From an uncultured Actinomycetes bacterium (GTDB lineage Bacteria > Actinomycetota > Thermoleophilia > Gaiellales > JAICJC01), in NCBI GenBank assembly GCA_963720885.1, contig CAVRGW010000005.1:871704-935703 (forward strand): a DNA stretch of 64,000 nucleotides, in the 5' to 3' direction. The position numbers and the translations under genes were made by a program. A model generated the notes under the pieces. That model saw only the letters and a program-made list of their open reading frames with translations. It ran no database searches and had not been told where the DNA came from. Positions 36,816 through 47,474 of the stretch are shown here, piece by piece (positions within the stretch are counted from its first letter, which is position 1; each line of letters begins with the position of its first letter).

Positions 36816-36859
36816 GGGGTCAGGAACCTCTGGCATTGGTGCCAGAGGTTCCTGACCCC
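36816..36859. repeat. REP-like palindrome (class I, shortened copy)
   Basis: GGGGTCAGGAACCTCTGGCA-ttgg-TGCCAGAGGTTCCTGACCCC. It is preceded by gcgact (compare GCGACA in the RAYT-flanking copies). Confidence 0.85.
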
Positions 36860-36871
36860 GATGGCACATCC

Positions 36872-37822
36872 CTACTTGGCCAGCGCCTCGGTCAGCTTCG
36901 GCACGACGGTCAGCGCGTCGCCGATCACCGACAGGTCGGCGAACTCGTGGATCGGCGCGTTCGCGTCCTTGTTGATCGCGATGATCGTGCCCGAGTTGGC
37001 CATTCCCACCTTGTGCTGGATCGCGCCCGAGATGCCGCACGCCAGGTACAGCTTCGGCGAGACGGTCTTGCCGGTCTGGCCGACCTGCATCGAATACGGC
37101 ACCCAGCCGGCGTCGACCACGGCGCGCGTCGCGGCCACCTCGCCGCCCAGCGCCTTCGCCAGCGCCTCGACCAGCGGGATGTTCTCGGGGCCGCCGAGGC
37201 CGCGGCCGAACGCGACCAGCACGTCCGCCTCGGTGATGTCGACGCCGGTCGCCTCCGGCTGCTCGCGGCCGGCCATCGTCGCCTTCGTCGACCACTCCTG
37301 GATCGTCGGCGACACGCGCTCGACCGCGGCGTCGCCGCCGCCGGTGCCCTCCGAGGCGAACGCGTTCGCCCGGCCCAGCACCACGGCCGGCCCATCCGTG
37401 AAGGTCGACTCGACCATCACCGTGTCGCCCAGCGCCGGCCGCGTGGCGACCACGCCGCCGTCGGCCAGCTCGATCTCCGTGGTCTCGCAGTGGATCCCGG
37501 CGCCCAGACGGGCAGCCAGCCCGGCGGCGACGTCCGCCGAGACGACGCCCGCGCCGAACAGCACCGCCGTCGCATCGCGGGCCAGCGGCTCCATAGCGTC
37601 GACGATCGGCTGCGACAGCCCGCCTGCGAGCGCCCCATCGTCGGCGACGACGACCTTCGACGCGCCGTGCGCGCCCAGTCCGGCGGCCCAGGAGTCGTCA
37701 ACGCCCGAACCTGCCACGAACGCCGTTGCCTCGCCCAGCGATGCCGCCTTGGCGAGCATCCCCAGGCTGTTCGGCGCGAACTCGCCCTCGTCGTGGTGCA
37801 CGAACACCAGCAGACCGGCCAC
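36872..37822 (-). CDS. etfA: electron transfer flavoprotein subunit alpha
   Basis: 316 aa: ..PKLYLACGISGAIQHKVGM..IIAINKD..API. Confidence 0.9.
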   Translation of the reverse strand: MAGLLVFVHHDEGEFAPNSLGMLAKAASLGEATAFVAGSGVDDSWAAGLGAHGASKVVVADDGALAGGLSQPIVDAMEPLARDATAVLFGAGVVSADVAAGLAARLGAGIHCETTEIELADGGVVATRPALGDTVMVESTFTDGPAVVLGRANAFASEGTGGGDAAVERVSPTIQEWSTKATMAGREQPEATGVDITEADVLVAFGRGLGGPENIPLVEALAKALGGEVAATRAVVDAGWVPYSMQVGQTGKTVSPKLYLACGISGAIQHKVGMANSGTIIAINKDANAPIHEFADLSVIGDALTVVPKLTEALAK

Positions 37823-38608
37823 CTAGACCACCCCCTTCTCGGCCAGGAAGGCCACGATCTCCGCGACCGAGTCACCGCCCTGGTCCTCGATCCGGCGACC
37901 CGACTCCTTCTGCGGCGGCGGCGTGACGGACTTGACGACGCTGCGCGCGCCCGCCTCGCCGACCCGCGAGGTGTCGAGGCCGGCGTCGGCGGCTGACAGC
38001 TTCTCGGTCGGCTTCTTCTTGGCGCCCATGATCGCCTTGATGTTGGGCAACCGGGCTTCGTTGATCGCGTCGGAGACCGAGATCACCGCCGGCAGCGGCG
38101 CATCGATCACGTCGTAGCCGTGCTCCGTCTGGCGCTTCGCGCGGACGCCGCCGCCCTCCAGCGAGAGCTCGGCGACCTGCGTGATCAGCGGCCGCTTCAG
38201 GTGGTCGGCGACGGCCGCGGCCATCACGTAGCAGTCGGCATCCGCGGCCTGCTGGCCGAGGATCACGAGGTCGGCGTTCTGCTTCTCCAGCACCGTGGCC
38301 AGCGCGTACGCCGTCCCCGAGATGTCGGAGCCGGCCAGCGCCGGGTCGGTGACCAGCACCGCCCGGTCGGCCCCCAGCGCCAGCGCCTTCTGCAGCGGGC
38401 GCTGGGCCGACTCCGGCCCCATGCACACCGCCACGATCTCGCCGACGTCCTGCCCGCCCTCGCGGATGCGGATCGCCTCCTCGAGCCCGTGCAGGTCGAA
38501 CGGGTTGAGCTCGCTGTCGCCGGAGCGGTCGAGCCTGTGGGTGGACGCGTCGAGCCGCTTCGCGCTGGTCGCGCTCGGCACCTCCTTGACGCACACTGCG
38601 ATGTTCAC
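37823..38608 (-). CDS. etfB: electron transfer flavoprotein subunit beta
   Basis: 261 aa: MNIAVCVKEVP.., LNPFDLHGLEEA, DLVILGQQAAD. Confidence 0.9.
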   Translation of the reverse strand: MNIAVCVKEVPSATSAKRLDASTHRLDRSGDSELNPFDLHGLEEAIRIREGGQDVGEIVAVCMGPESAQRPLQKALALGADRAVLVTDPALAGSDISGTAYALATVLEKQNADLVILGQQAADADCYVMAAAVADHLKRPLITQVAELSLEGGGVRAKRQTEHGYDVIDAPLPAVISVSDAINEARLPNIKAIMGAKKKPTEKLSAADAGLDTSRVGEAGARSVVKSVTPPPQKESGRRIEDQGGDSVAEIVAFLAEKGVV

Positions 38609-38637
38609 CTAGCTACCCCTCCGTGACGTGTCGTGGA

Positions 38638-39414
38638 CTACTTGCCGACGAACGTCGGCTTGCGCTTCTCGACGAACGCCCGGAGGCCCTCCTTGGCGTC
38701 GTCCGTCGAGAACATGAGCGAGTACAGGTCGGCCTCGTGGACGAGGTTGCCGCCGATGTCGCCGTGCAGAGCCCGGTTCGTGGATTCCTTGGCGTAGTAC
38801 AGCGCGACCGGGCTCTTGGTCGCCATCTGCTGGGCCAGCTCCATCGTCCGCGGCATCAGCTCCTCCAGCGGGTACACGTGCTGGACGAGGCCGCGCTCGA
38901 ACGCCTCGTCGGAATCCACCATCCGGCCGCTCAGGATCAGCTCCTTGGCGTAGCCGATGTTGGTCGCGCGGGCGAGCCGCTGCGTGCCGCCCCAGCCGGG
39001 GATGATCCCCAGGTTGATCTCGGGCTGGCCGAACTGCGCGTTCTCCGAGCAGAGGCGGATGTCGCAGGCCAGCGCCAGCTCGCAGCCGCCGCCGAGGGCG
39101 TAGCCGTTGACCGCGGCGATCGTCGGCTTGCGCATCACCTCGAGCATGTGCGCGATCTCCTGCCCGAGCTCGGAGTAGGCGCGCGCCTCGAGCGGCGTCT
39201 TGCCGTCCATCTCCTTGATGTCTGCGCCCGCGATGAACGAGCGATCGCCGGCACCGGTCAGCACGATCACGCCGCACTGATCGTCGGCGCCGAGATCCTT
39301 GAGCGTCGCCAGCAGCTCCTCGAGGAGCGCCGTGTTCATCGCGTTCAGCACCTCGGGCCGGTTGACCATGACCGTGTGCACGCGGCCGTCGGCGGTGATC
39401 CGCAGGCCGGGCAT
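38638..39414 (-). CDS. enoyl-CoA hydratase (crotonase family)
   Basis: Last 258 codons of ORF 38638..40416 from ATG 39414 (ATGA overlap): VNRPEVLNAM..LTGAGDRSFIAGADI..NGYALGGGCELALACD. Confidence 0.85.
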   Translation of the reverse strand: MPGLRITADGRVHTVMVNRPEVLNAMNTALLEELLATLKDLGADDQCGVIVLTGAGDRSFIAGADIKEMDGKTPLEARAYSELGQEIAHMLEVMRKPTIAAVNGYALGGGCELALACDIRLCSENAQFGQPEINLGIIPGWGGTQRLARATNIGYAKELILSGRMVDSDEAFERGLVQHVYPLEELMPRTMELAQQMATKSPVALYYAKESTNRALHGDIGGNLVHEADLYSLMFSTDDAKEGLRAFVEKRKPTFVGK

Positions 39415-39812
39415 CAGGCGGCGTCCAGCTTCGAGCGCAGGAAGTCCACGATCTGCGCGGTGGGCGCGCCCGGGGTGTACACCTCGGCGACGCCCTGCGC
39501 CTTCAGCTCGACGATGTCGTCGGTGGGGATGGTGCCTCCCACGACGACGAGCACGTCGTCCGCGCCGTTCTCCTTCAGCAGGTCGAGGATCCGCGGCACC
39601 AGCGTCATGTGCGCGCCGGACAGGATCGAGATGCCGACCGCGTCGGCGTCCTCCTGGATCACGGTCTCGACGATCTGCTCGGGTGTCTGGTGGAGTCCCG
39701 TGTAGATGACCTCCATGCCGGCGTCGCGGAGCGTGCGCGCGATGATCTTGGCGCCGCGATCGTGCCCGTCGAGGCCAGGCTTGGCCACCACCACTCGAAT
39801 CCTGCGGCTCAT
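39414..39812 (-). CDS. methylmalonyl-CoA mutase, small (B12-binding domain) subunit
   Basis: Start set to ATG 39812: [39 protein letters not shown] (the DxHxxG cobalamin motif is within GLDGHDRG). Confidence 0.85.
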   Translation of the reverse strand: MSRRIRVVVAKPGLDGHDRGAKIIARTLRDAGMEVIYTGLHQTPEQIVETVIQEDADAVGISILSGAHMTLVPRILDLLKENGADDVLVVVGGTIPTDDIVELKAQGVAEVYTPGAPTAQIVDFLRSKLDAA

Positions 39813-39873
39813 CTGAGGGGCGAGTGTACCGATCGGCCGATCCCGGGGGCGCCAGCAGCCAGGCGACGCGGGC

Positions 39874-39933
39874 GTGCCGGGCACGGTGCCGGGCGCGGTG
39901 CCGGGCACGGTGCCGGGCACAGTGCCAGGGCCA
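39874..39933. repeat. 12-bp tandem repeat, 5 units (GTGCCGGGCACG consensus)
   Basis: gtgccgggcacg gtgccgggcgcg gtgccgggcacg gtgccgggcaca gtgccagggcca, in the gap between the cupin gene and the MCM small subunit. Confidence 0.9.
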
Positions 39934-40010
39934 ACGCCGAGCGTGCGCGAATCGGCGCACATCTGCGCGGGAACGGGCCGAATCGTGACAGCGGGCGACG
40001 CCGGGTTGTG

Positions 40011-40332
40011 CTACGCGGACTCGGGCGGCGCGAAGACCACCAGGATCTGCAGCTGCTCGGTGATCGAGTGGAACCGGTGCTCGACGCCGCGGCCGACGAA
40101 CACGACCGACCCCGGGCCGACATCCTGGTTCTCGCCCGTCCACCATGATCACGCCGCGGCCGGCAACGACCACGTACGCCTCGTCCTCCTCGTGGGGCGT
40201 CTGTGGATCCTCGGCGCCGGCGTCCAGCGTGTAGAGGCCGAGGCTCATCGAGTCGCGGCGCAGGAACTCGAAGTAGAGGCCGCCCGAGGCGGCCCGCTCG
40301 GCCTCCAGCTGAGAGGTCTCGAAGGCGTCCAT
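40011..40332 (-). pseudogene. cupin-domain protein, frameshifted as sequenced (1-nt insertion at C-run 40136-40138)
   Basis: MDAFETSQLEAE..PHEEDEAYVVVAGRGVIMVDG | ENQDVGPGSVVFVGRGVEHRFHSITEQLQILVVFAPPESA lie in two frames. 322 nt minus 1 gives 107 codons. Confidence 0.7.
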
Positions 40333-40342
40333 CCGCGCAATC

Positions 40343-41944
<1,602 letters not shown>

Positions 41945-42529
41945 CTACTGCTCCTCGGCGAGCGACGCGCCGGGCTCCCACAGGATGTCGGCGCGACCGT
42001 CGTCGTTGTGCACCCGGGCGAGAATGAACAGCAGGTCGGAGAGTCGGTTGAGATAGGCGATGGCGTGCTCGTTGACCGGCTCCTCGGCGGCCAGTCGCAC
42101 GGCCAGCCGCTCCGCCCGGCGGCACGTCGTCCGGGCCTGATGCAGCGCCGCCGCCTGCGGCGTCCCACCCGACAACACAAAGCTGGTGAGCGGCGCGAGG
42201 CGCGGCGACCACTCGTCGCACGCACGCTCGAGAGCCTCGACATGGCGTTGATCGATGCGCAGTCGCTCGCGTTGCCGGCCGCGCGTCGAGTCGACCGGCA
42301 CGGCCAGGTCGGCGCCGACGTCGAAGAGGTCGTTCATCACACGCCGCAGCAGCTCCGTCGCCGCCGGTTCGAGACCGGTGGCCACCGCCACGCCGACCGC
42401 GGCGCCCGTCTCGTCGACGGTGCCGTACGCCCAGATCCGGGCGTCGTCCTTGGAGACACGACGGCCGTCGCCGAGCGACGTCTCGCCGCCGTCTCCGGCA
42501 CGCGTGTAGATCCGGTCGAGCCGCACCAT
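41945..42529 (-). CDS. ATP:cob(I)alamin adenosyltransferase (PduO type)
   Basis: Start set to ATG 42529: MVRLDRIYTRAGDGGETSL..; later YLNRLSDLLF. Confidence 0.85.
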   Translation of the reverse strand: MVRLDRIYTRAGDGGETSLGDGRRVSKDDARIWAYGTVDETGAAVGVAVATGLEPAATELLRRVMNDLFDVGADLAVPVDSTRGRQRERLRIDQRHVEALERACDEWSPRLAPLTSFVLSGGTPQAAALHQARTTCRRAERLAVRLAAEEPVNEHAIAYLNRLSDLLFILARVHNDDGRADILWEPGASLAEEQ

Positions 42530-42657
42530 CCGCGGGCAGCGTAGCGGTTCCACCAGGACGGATCCGGCCACGTAAAGAAATTGTAAGCAGCGGCGATTAC
42601 CGGTTTGATCAGGCGGCAACACCCCGCCCCACGCGTTCCCCAGGAGGACTTGCTCCG

Positions 42658-43086
42658 ATGTACGGACTTGCCGATCGGATCGCTCGCTCGGCGATCCACC
42701 AGAATCACCCGACGCCGGTCGTCGAGCTGGCGCCGCGCGGCACGATCATGGTCGTCGACCGCGACCCGGCAATGCTCGCCATGGTGCGCAGCTCGCTCGA
42801 GGGCTCCTGTCACATCGTCGTCGCTCGCGACGCGGGTGAGGCGCTCAGCCAGATCGAGTGGGCCCGGCCCGAGGCCGTGCTCGCCGACGCCGGACTCGGT
42901 GCGGAGGAGCTCGACGTGCTGGCCCGCGGGCTGGCGACGCTGGGCTGCGACCACCTGCCGATCGTGACCATCGACCCGTCTCAGCCGGTCGGCCCGTCCG
43001 ACTTGCGGCGGATCGCCGCCCGCGCGCTGGGCGTCACCAGCCGCGTCTGGCTGAACGGCGGCCTGCGCGAGCGCGTCGCCGCCTAG
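42658..43086 (+). CDS. hypothetical stand-alone receiver (REC)-like domain protein
   Basis: ATG lies 10 nt after AGGAGG. IMVVDRDPAMLAMVRSSLEGSCHIVVARDAGEALSQI..PEAVLAD..LPIVTI resembles a CheY-like fold. The conserved Lys is not evident. Confidence 0.4.
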   Translation: MYGLADRIARSAIHQNHPTPVVELAPRGTIMVVDRDPAMLAMVRSSLEGSCHIVVARDAGEALSQIEWARPEAVLADAGLGAEELDVLARGLATLGCDHLPIVTIDPSQPVGPSDLRRIAARALGVTSRVWLNGGLRERVAA

Positions 43087-43107
43087 GCATTCAGGTACCC
43101 CCACCGG

Positions 43108-43136
43108 CGTGCCAGGGGCGTCACGCCCCTGGCACG
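43108..43136. terminator. 13-bp perfect GC-rich hairpin between convergent genes (candidate bidirectional terminator, no U-tract)
   Basis: cGTGCCAGGGGCG-tca-CGCCCCTGGCACg. The loop is the LysR stop codon. The TGCCAG/CTGGCA core resembles the centres of the class I REPs. Confidence 0.35.
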
Positions 43137-44038
43137 GCCACCGCCATGTACCCCGGCGCGGCGCGCAGCCGCTCGAGCAGCATCAGCACCGGCGGCGGAG
43201 GCTCCTCGCCCTTGCGCCACGCCAGGCAGAAGCCGAACTCCATCGCCGGCTTCGCCATCGGCAGCTCGCGCAGCACGCCCAGCTCGAGCTCCCGCTCGAC
43301 GGCGATCGCCGGGACGATCGCCACGCCCAGGCCGACCTCGACGCAGCGCTTGACGGCCTCCAGGCTCGATGCCTCAAGCAGCCCGGCTGGCCGTACCTTC
43401 GCCCGCTCCAGCAGGCCGTCGATCTCGCGCCGGTTGACGGTGCCCGGGTCGCGCACGATCAGCGTCCGCTCCGCCAGGTCGGCCACCTCCAGGGGCCGGT
43501 CGGGCAGTGGTTCCGAGGCAGCGGCGAGCAGCACCGTACGGCCGCGGGCGTAGACGGTCGACTCCAGGTCGGCCGGCGCCGTGTGCTCCGTCAGCAGCAC
43601 CGCGTCCGCCTCGCCGGAGCGCAGCGCCGACAGGATGCGGGCGACGTCCCCGACGATCACGCCGGCCTCAAGCCGCGGCAGCCGGTGCTTGAGATCGGCC
43701 AGCGCAGGCGGCAGCACGTAGGTGGCGAGCGCCTCGCCGGCGGCGACCCACAGCCGCGCCCGCTCGACCGACGCCGCGCGGTCGACCGCCGCCTCGGCCT
43801 CGGCGTCCAGCGCCAGGGCGCGCTCCGCGTGCGGCAGCAGCGCCCGACCCGCCGCCGTCAGCTCCACGCGGCGCGACCCGCGGACGAACAGCGGCGCCCC
43901 GACCCGCTTCTCCAGCGACCGCACGAGCTGGCTGGCCGTGGGCTGCGAGATGTCGAGGCGCTCCGCCGCGCGGGTGAAGCTGGCCTCGGCGGCGACCTCG
44001 ACGAAGGCGCGCAGCTGGGCGGTCGGATACATAGCCAT
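43121..44038 (-). CDS. LysR family transcriptional regulator
   Basis: ORF 43121..44065; ATG 44038 or 44032 preferred. HTH region LRAFVEVAAEASFTRAAERLDISQPTASQLVRSLE. Divergent from an MFS gene. Confidence 0.85.
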   Translation of the reverse strand: MAMYPTAQLRAFVEVAAEASFTRAAERLDISQPTASQLVRSLEKRVGAPLFVRGSRRVELTAAGRALLPHAERALALDAEAEAAVDRAASVERARLWVAAGEALATYVLPPALADLKHRLPRLEAGVIVGDVARILSALRSGEADAVLLTEHTAPADLESTVYARGRTVLLAAASEPLPDRPLEVADLAERTLIVRDPGTVNRREIDGLLERAKVRPAGLLEASSLEAVKRCVEVGLGVAIVPAIAVERELELGVLRELPMAKPAMEFGFCLAWRKGEEPPPPVLMLLERLRAAPGYMAVAVPGA

Positions 44039-44105
44039 CTGGCAATGATCGTATCCCAACAACACGTTTTCGCAATCAGCGGCCGGCGGCTAGGCTGAGT
44101 GGCCG

Positions 44106-45299
44106 ATGACACCCCGCGCCCGCACCCTGCTGATCCTCTCGGTTGCGGCGCAGGCGGCGGTCTCGATCGTCCAGTTCGGGCTCCCGGCGATCGGTCTCGA
44201 GGTGCGCGACGCCCTCGACATCGGGCCGGCCGGGTTCGGCGTCGTGTTCGCCGCGGTCGGGCTGGGATCGGCGGCCGTCCTGCTGCCGACGGGCATGCTG
44301 GTCGACCGCTTCGGCGCACGCCCGGTGCTGCTGGCGGGGGCCGCGCTGAACGCGACCGGCTACGTGATCGCGTCGTCATCTTCGGACGCAACGGTGTTCG
44401 CATGCGCGTTGTTCGTCGCCGGTATCGGATCGGCGTCGGTGCCGGTCGCCGGGATGAGCGCTCTGCTCCGCGAGTTCCCGCCCGAGAAGCGCGGCATCGC
44501 GCTGGGTTGGCGGCAGCTGGCGGTGCCGTTGGGCGGCACGATCGGCGCGGCGATGCTGCCCCTGCTCGCCCACGCCGGCGGCGTGCGGCTGGCGATGCTG
44601 GTGGCCGCCGCCCTGACGGCGTCGACCGCAGCGCTGTTCGCGCTGCGCTCCCCGGGCGGCGGTGGCGAGACCGCCAGCCTGCGGCTGGACGGCGTGCTCT
44701 CCGCGCCGGGCATGCGGCCGGTGATGGCACTGGGACTGCTCTACGCGTTTGCATTGTCGGCAACGCTGACGTACATCGTGCCGGCCGCCCGCGAGCTGGA
44801 CATCACGGCCGCCCAGGCGGGAGTGCTGTTCGCCGTCGTCAACGTCTCCGCCGCCGCGGCGCGGCTGGTGTGGGGCCGGCTCGCGGATCGCCACGGCGGC
44901 ACCCGCCGCGCGCGGACGCTGGCCGAGACCGGCGCGCTGGCCGCCGGTGCGGCGTTGCTGATGCCGCTGGCGCTGCGGGCCGGCGTCGTGCCGGCGGTGA
45001 TCGTCGCCTGCGCGCTGTCGTTCGGCGCCTTCGGGTTCAACGGCGTCCTCTACGTCACGGCCGGTGAGATCGCCGGCGCCGAGCGCGCGGGGCGCGCCGT
45101 CGGCGTCGCGTCGACGGTCGTGTTCGCCTGCACCTCGGCCCTGACACCGGTCGCCGGACTGGTCGCCGAGACCTTCGGCTACGACACGATGTGGCTGCTG
45201 GGCGCGGCCTCGTCGGCCACCGGTGCCGCGATCGCGGCCACACTGCTGACGCGGGCCGTGGGCACCCGCCGCTCAGTACTGATAGAAGCCGCGGCCTGA
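44106..45299 (+). CDS. MFS transporter
   Basis: 397 aa, about 12 hydrophobic segments, with the loop motif [12 protein letters not shown]. Confidence 0.8.
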   Translation: MTPRARTLLILSVAAQAAVSIVQFGLPAIGLEVRDALDIGPAGFGVVFAAVGLGSAAVLLPTGMLVDRFGARPVLLAGAALNATGYVIASSSSDATVFACALFVAGIGSASVPVAGMSALLREFPPEKRGIALGWRQLAVPLGGTIGAAMLPLLAHAGGVRLAMLVAAALTASTAALFALRSPGGGGETASLRLDGVLSAPGMRPVMALGLLYAFALSATLTYIVPAARELDITAAQAGVLFAVVNVSAAAARLVWGRLADRHGGTRRARTLAETGALAAGAALLMPLALRAGVVPAVIVACALSFGAFGFNGVLYVTAGEIAGAERAGRAVGVASTVVFACTSALTPVAGLVAETFGYDTMWLLGAASSATGAAIAATLLTRAVGTRRSVLIEAAA

Positions 45300-46112
45300 C
45301 TTTCGGCCCAGCCGCCCCGCCTCGACGTAGGTGCGCAGCAGCGGGCACGGGCGGTACTTCTCGCCCAGTCCATCGTGCAGCACCTCCATGATCGACAGGC
45401 AGGTGTCGAGCCCGATCAGGTCGGCCAGCGTCAGCGGCCCCATCGGGTGGTTCATGCCCAGCTTCATCACCGTGTCGATCGCCTCGGCATCGCCCACGCC
45501 CTCCATCAGGCAGTAGGCGGCCTCGTTGATCATCGGCACGAGGATCCGGTTCGAGATGAAGCCCGGCACGTCCCGCGCCTCGGCCACCGTCTTGCCCATC
45601 CGCTCCGCGGCCTCGCGCACCGCGGCGGCGGTCGCGTCGGCGGTGTCCAGCCCGCGGATCACCTCGACCAGGGGCATCAGCGGCACGGGATTGAAGAAGT
45701 GCATGCCCACCACCGCCGCAGGCCGCGACGTGCTGGCCGCCAGCCGCGTGATCGGGATGGAGCTGGTGTTCGACGCCAGGATGGCGCCCTCGTGGGCGAC
45801 GTCGTCCAGCTGCTTGAAGATCTTCAGCTTGAGGTCGACGTCCTCGGTCGCGGCCTCGATCAGCAGGTCGGCATCCTCGGCATGCGAGTGCGTGCGGATC
45901 CGCGTCACGGCGGCGTCCGCGTCCTCCTGTGCCAGCCGCTCCTTGGACACCAGCTTCGTCAGCGACTCCTGGATCGTCACGGTCGCCCGCTCCAGCTGGC
46001 CCGGAGCGACGTCGACCAGCAACACGTCGTATCCCGCCACTGCGGCGACCTGGGCGATGCCGGAGCCCATCTGCCCCGCGCCGACGATCGTGATCTTGCG
46101 GATCTCGGTCAT
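45273..46112 (-). CDS. 3-hydroxybutyryl-CoA dehydrogenase
   Basis: 279 aa: [14 protein letters not shown].., SNTSS, HFFNP.P.M.LVE, GFI.NR. Confidence 0.9.
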   Translation of the reverse strand: MTEIRKITIVGAGQMGSGIAQVAAVAGYDVLLVDVAPGQLERATVTIQESLTKLVSKERLAQEDADAAVTRIRTHSHAEDADLLIEAATEDVDLKLKIFKQLDDVAHEGAILASNTSSIPITRLAASTSRPAAVVGMHFFNPVPLMPLVEVIRGLDTADATAAAVREAAERMGKTVAEARDVPGFISNRILVPMINEAAYCLMEGVGDAEAIDTVMKLGMNHPMGPLTLADLIGLDTCLSIMEVLHDGLGEKYRPCPLLRTYVEAGRLGRKSGRGFYQY

Positions 46113-47293
46113 CCCGGCAGCACCTCGAGCACCATCGCGTCGCCCTGGGCCGCGCCCGAGCAGATGGCGGCGACGCCGATGCCGCCGCCCCGCCGCCGCA
46201 GCTGGGCGACCAGCGTCCCCAGCAGCCGGCCGCCGGACGCGCCGATCGGATGCCCGTAGGCGACCGCGCCGCCCTGCGGGTTGACCCGGTCGGGGTCGAC
46301 GCCGAGCAGCTCGATGGTGTTCAGCACGACCGAGCAGAAGGCCTCGTTGACCTCGTAGATGTCGACGTCCGCCGGCGTCATGCCGACGCGCTCGAGCGCC
46401 TGGCGGGCGGCCGCCGCGGGCGTGCGCACCAGGTACGGCCAGTCGTCGCCAACGTGGCCCTCGGAGATCACCTTCGCCAGCGGCTGCAGGCCGCGCTCGG
46501 CGGCCCAGTCCTCGGACGCCAGCACCAGCAACGCCGCCCCGTCGTTGACGCCCGGCGCGTTGCCGGCCGTGGTGGCGCCGTCCTTCGTGAACACCGGCTT
46601 CAGCGATGCCAGCCGCTCGGCCGACGTGTCCCGCCGCGGTCCCTCGTCCGTGTCGACAACGAGATCGCCCTTGCGGCCCTCGATCGTCACCGGCACGATC
46701 TCGTCCGCGAGGCTGCCGTCGTCAATCGCGGCAACCGCGCGCTGGTGCGAGCGCAGCGCCCAGGCGTCCTGATCCTCACGTGAGCATGCGATCTCTGCGG
46801 AGACGACGGAGTTCTCCTCGGCCATGATCCGGTGCGTGAACGTGCTGGTCAGGCCGTCGTACGTCATGTGGTCGATCAGCTCGCCGTTGCCCATCTTGTA
46901 TCCGAAGCGGCCCTTGGTGAGCAGGTACGGCGCATTCGACATGCTCTCCATGCCCCCGGCGAGCACGACGTCGTGGACGCCGGCGCGGATCTGCAGGTCG
47001 CCGTAGGCGACCGCCCGCAGCCCGGACGCGCAGACCTTGTTGATCGTGTCGGAGCCGACGGTGCGCGGCGCGCCGACCGCGGCCGAGACCTGCCGCGAGG
47101 GGATCATCCCGACGCCCGCCTGCAGCACCTCTCCCATCACCACGTATCCGATGTCGTCTGCCGAGACACCGGCGCGCTCGAGCGCCCCGCGGCCGGCGAC
47201 GGCGCCGAGCTCGGGTGCGGAGAGGGACGACAGGGCGCCGCCGAGGCGGCCGAACGGGGTCCGGGCGGCCCCGAGGATCACGGTGGTGGGCAT
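46109..47293 (-). CDS. acetyl-CoA C-acetyltransferase (thiolase II)
   Basis: Start set to ATG 47293: [10 protein letters not shown].., active-site INKVCASG, C-terminal [24 protein letters not shown]. Confidence 0.9.
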   Translation of the reverse strand: MPTTVILGAARTPFGRLGGALSSLSAPELGAVAGRGALERAGVSADDIGYVVMGEVLQAGVGMIPSRQVSAAVGAPRTVGSDTINKVCASGLRAVAYGDLQIRAGVHDVVLAGGMESMSNAPYLLTKGRFGYKMGNGELIDHMTYDGLTSTFTHRIMAEENSVVSAEIACSREDQDAWALRSHQRAVAAIDDGSLADEIVPVTIEGRKGDLVVDTDEGPRRDTSAERLASLKPVFTKDGATTAGNAPGVNDGAALLVLASEDWAAERGLQPLAKVISEGHVGDDWPYLVRTPAAAARQALERVGMTPADVDIYEVNEAFCSVVLNTIELLGVDPDRVNPQGGAVAYGHPIGASGGRLLGTLVAQLRRRGGGIGVAAICSGAAQGDAMVLEVLPG

Positions 47294-47312
47294 GCAGCTC
47301 CTCGTTTGCAAC

Positions 47313-47341
47313 TTGACGAAGCGACCGGCATCCAGCATAGT
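47313..47341 (+). promoter_or_regulatory. candidate trp promoter (TTGACG-17 nt-CATAGT)
   Basis: TTGACGaagcgaccggcatccagCATAGT. The -10 ends 9 nt before the leader-peptide ATG, so the leader would be nearly leaderless. Confidence 0.4.
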
Positions 47342-47350
47342 GCTGGGACG

Positions 47351-47404
47351 ATGCGCACGATGCCGCACTGGTGGTGGACCAGCGAGCGAGGTACGGCCCG
47401 CTAG
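47351..47404 (+). CDS. trpL: trp operon leader peptide (17 aa, three consecutive Trp codons)
   Basis: atg cgc acg atg ccg cac TGG TGG TGG acc agc gag cga ggt acg gcc cgc tag translates to MRTMPHWWWTSERGTAR. It is followed 16 nt later by a terminator and then trpE. Confidence 0.7.
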   Translation: MRTMPHWWWTSERGTAR

Positions 47405-47420
47405 CTGCGCCGCGGCATCC

Positions 47421-47466
47421 GCCCCTCGCCCAGGCCTTTCGCCTCACCAGGCGGGGGGCTTTTTTG
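47421..47466 (+). terminator. intrinsic terminator / attenuator of the trp operon
   Basis: GCCCCTCGCC (47421-30) pairs with GGCGGGGGGC (47450-59), with one G-U pair. It is followed by TTTTTT (47460-65), 9 nt before the trpE ATG. Confidence 0.7.
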
Positions 47467-47474
47467 TTGCCCTG

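Noticed and set aside
39874-39962. The 12-bp tandem repeat considered as a CRISPR-like array, or as a genuine (PGTV)n N-terminal extension of the MCM small subunit
   Set aside because: The units are contiguous with no spacers, so it is not a CRISPR array. B12-binding subunits normally begin right at the ..[14 protein letters not shown] segment, and ATG 39812 gives the typical 132-aa size. The extension is kept only as an open possibility in the findings.
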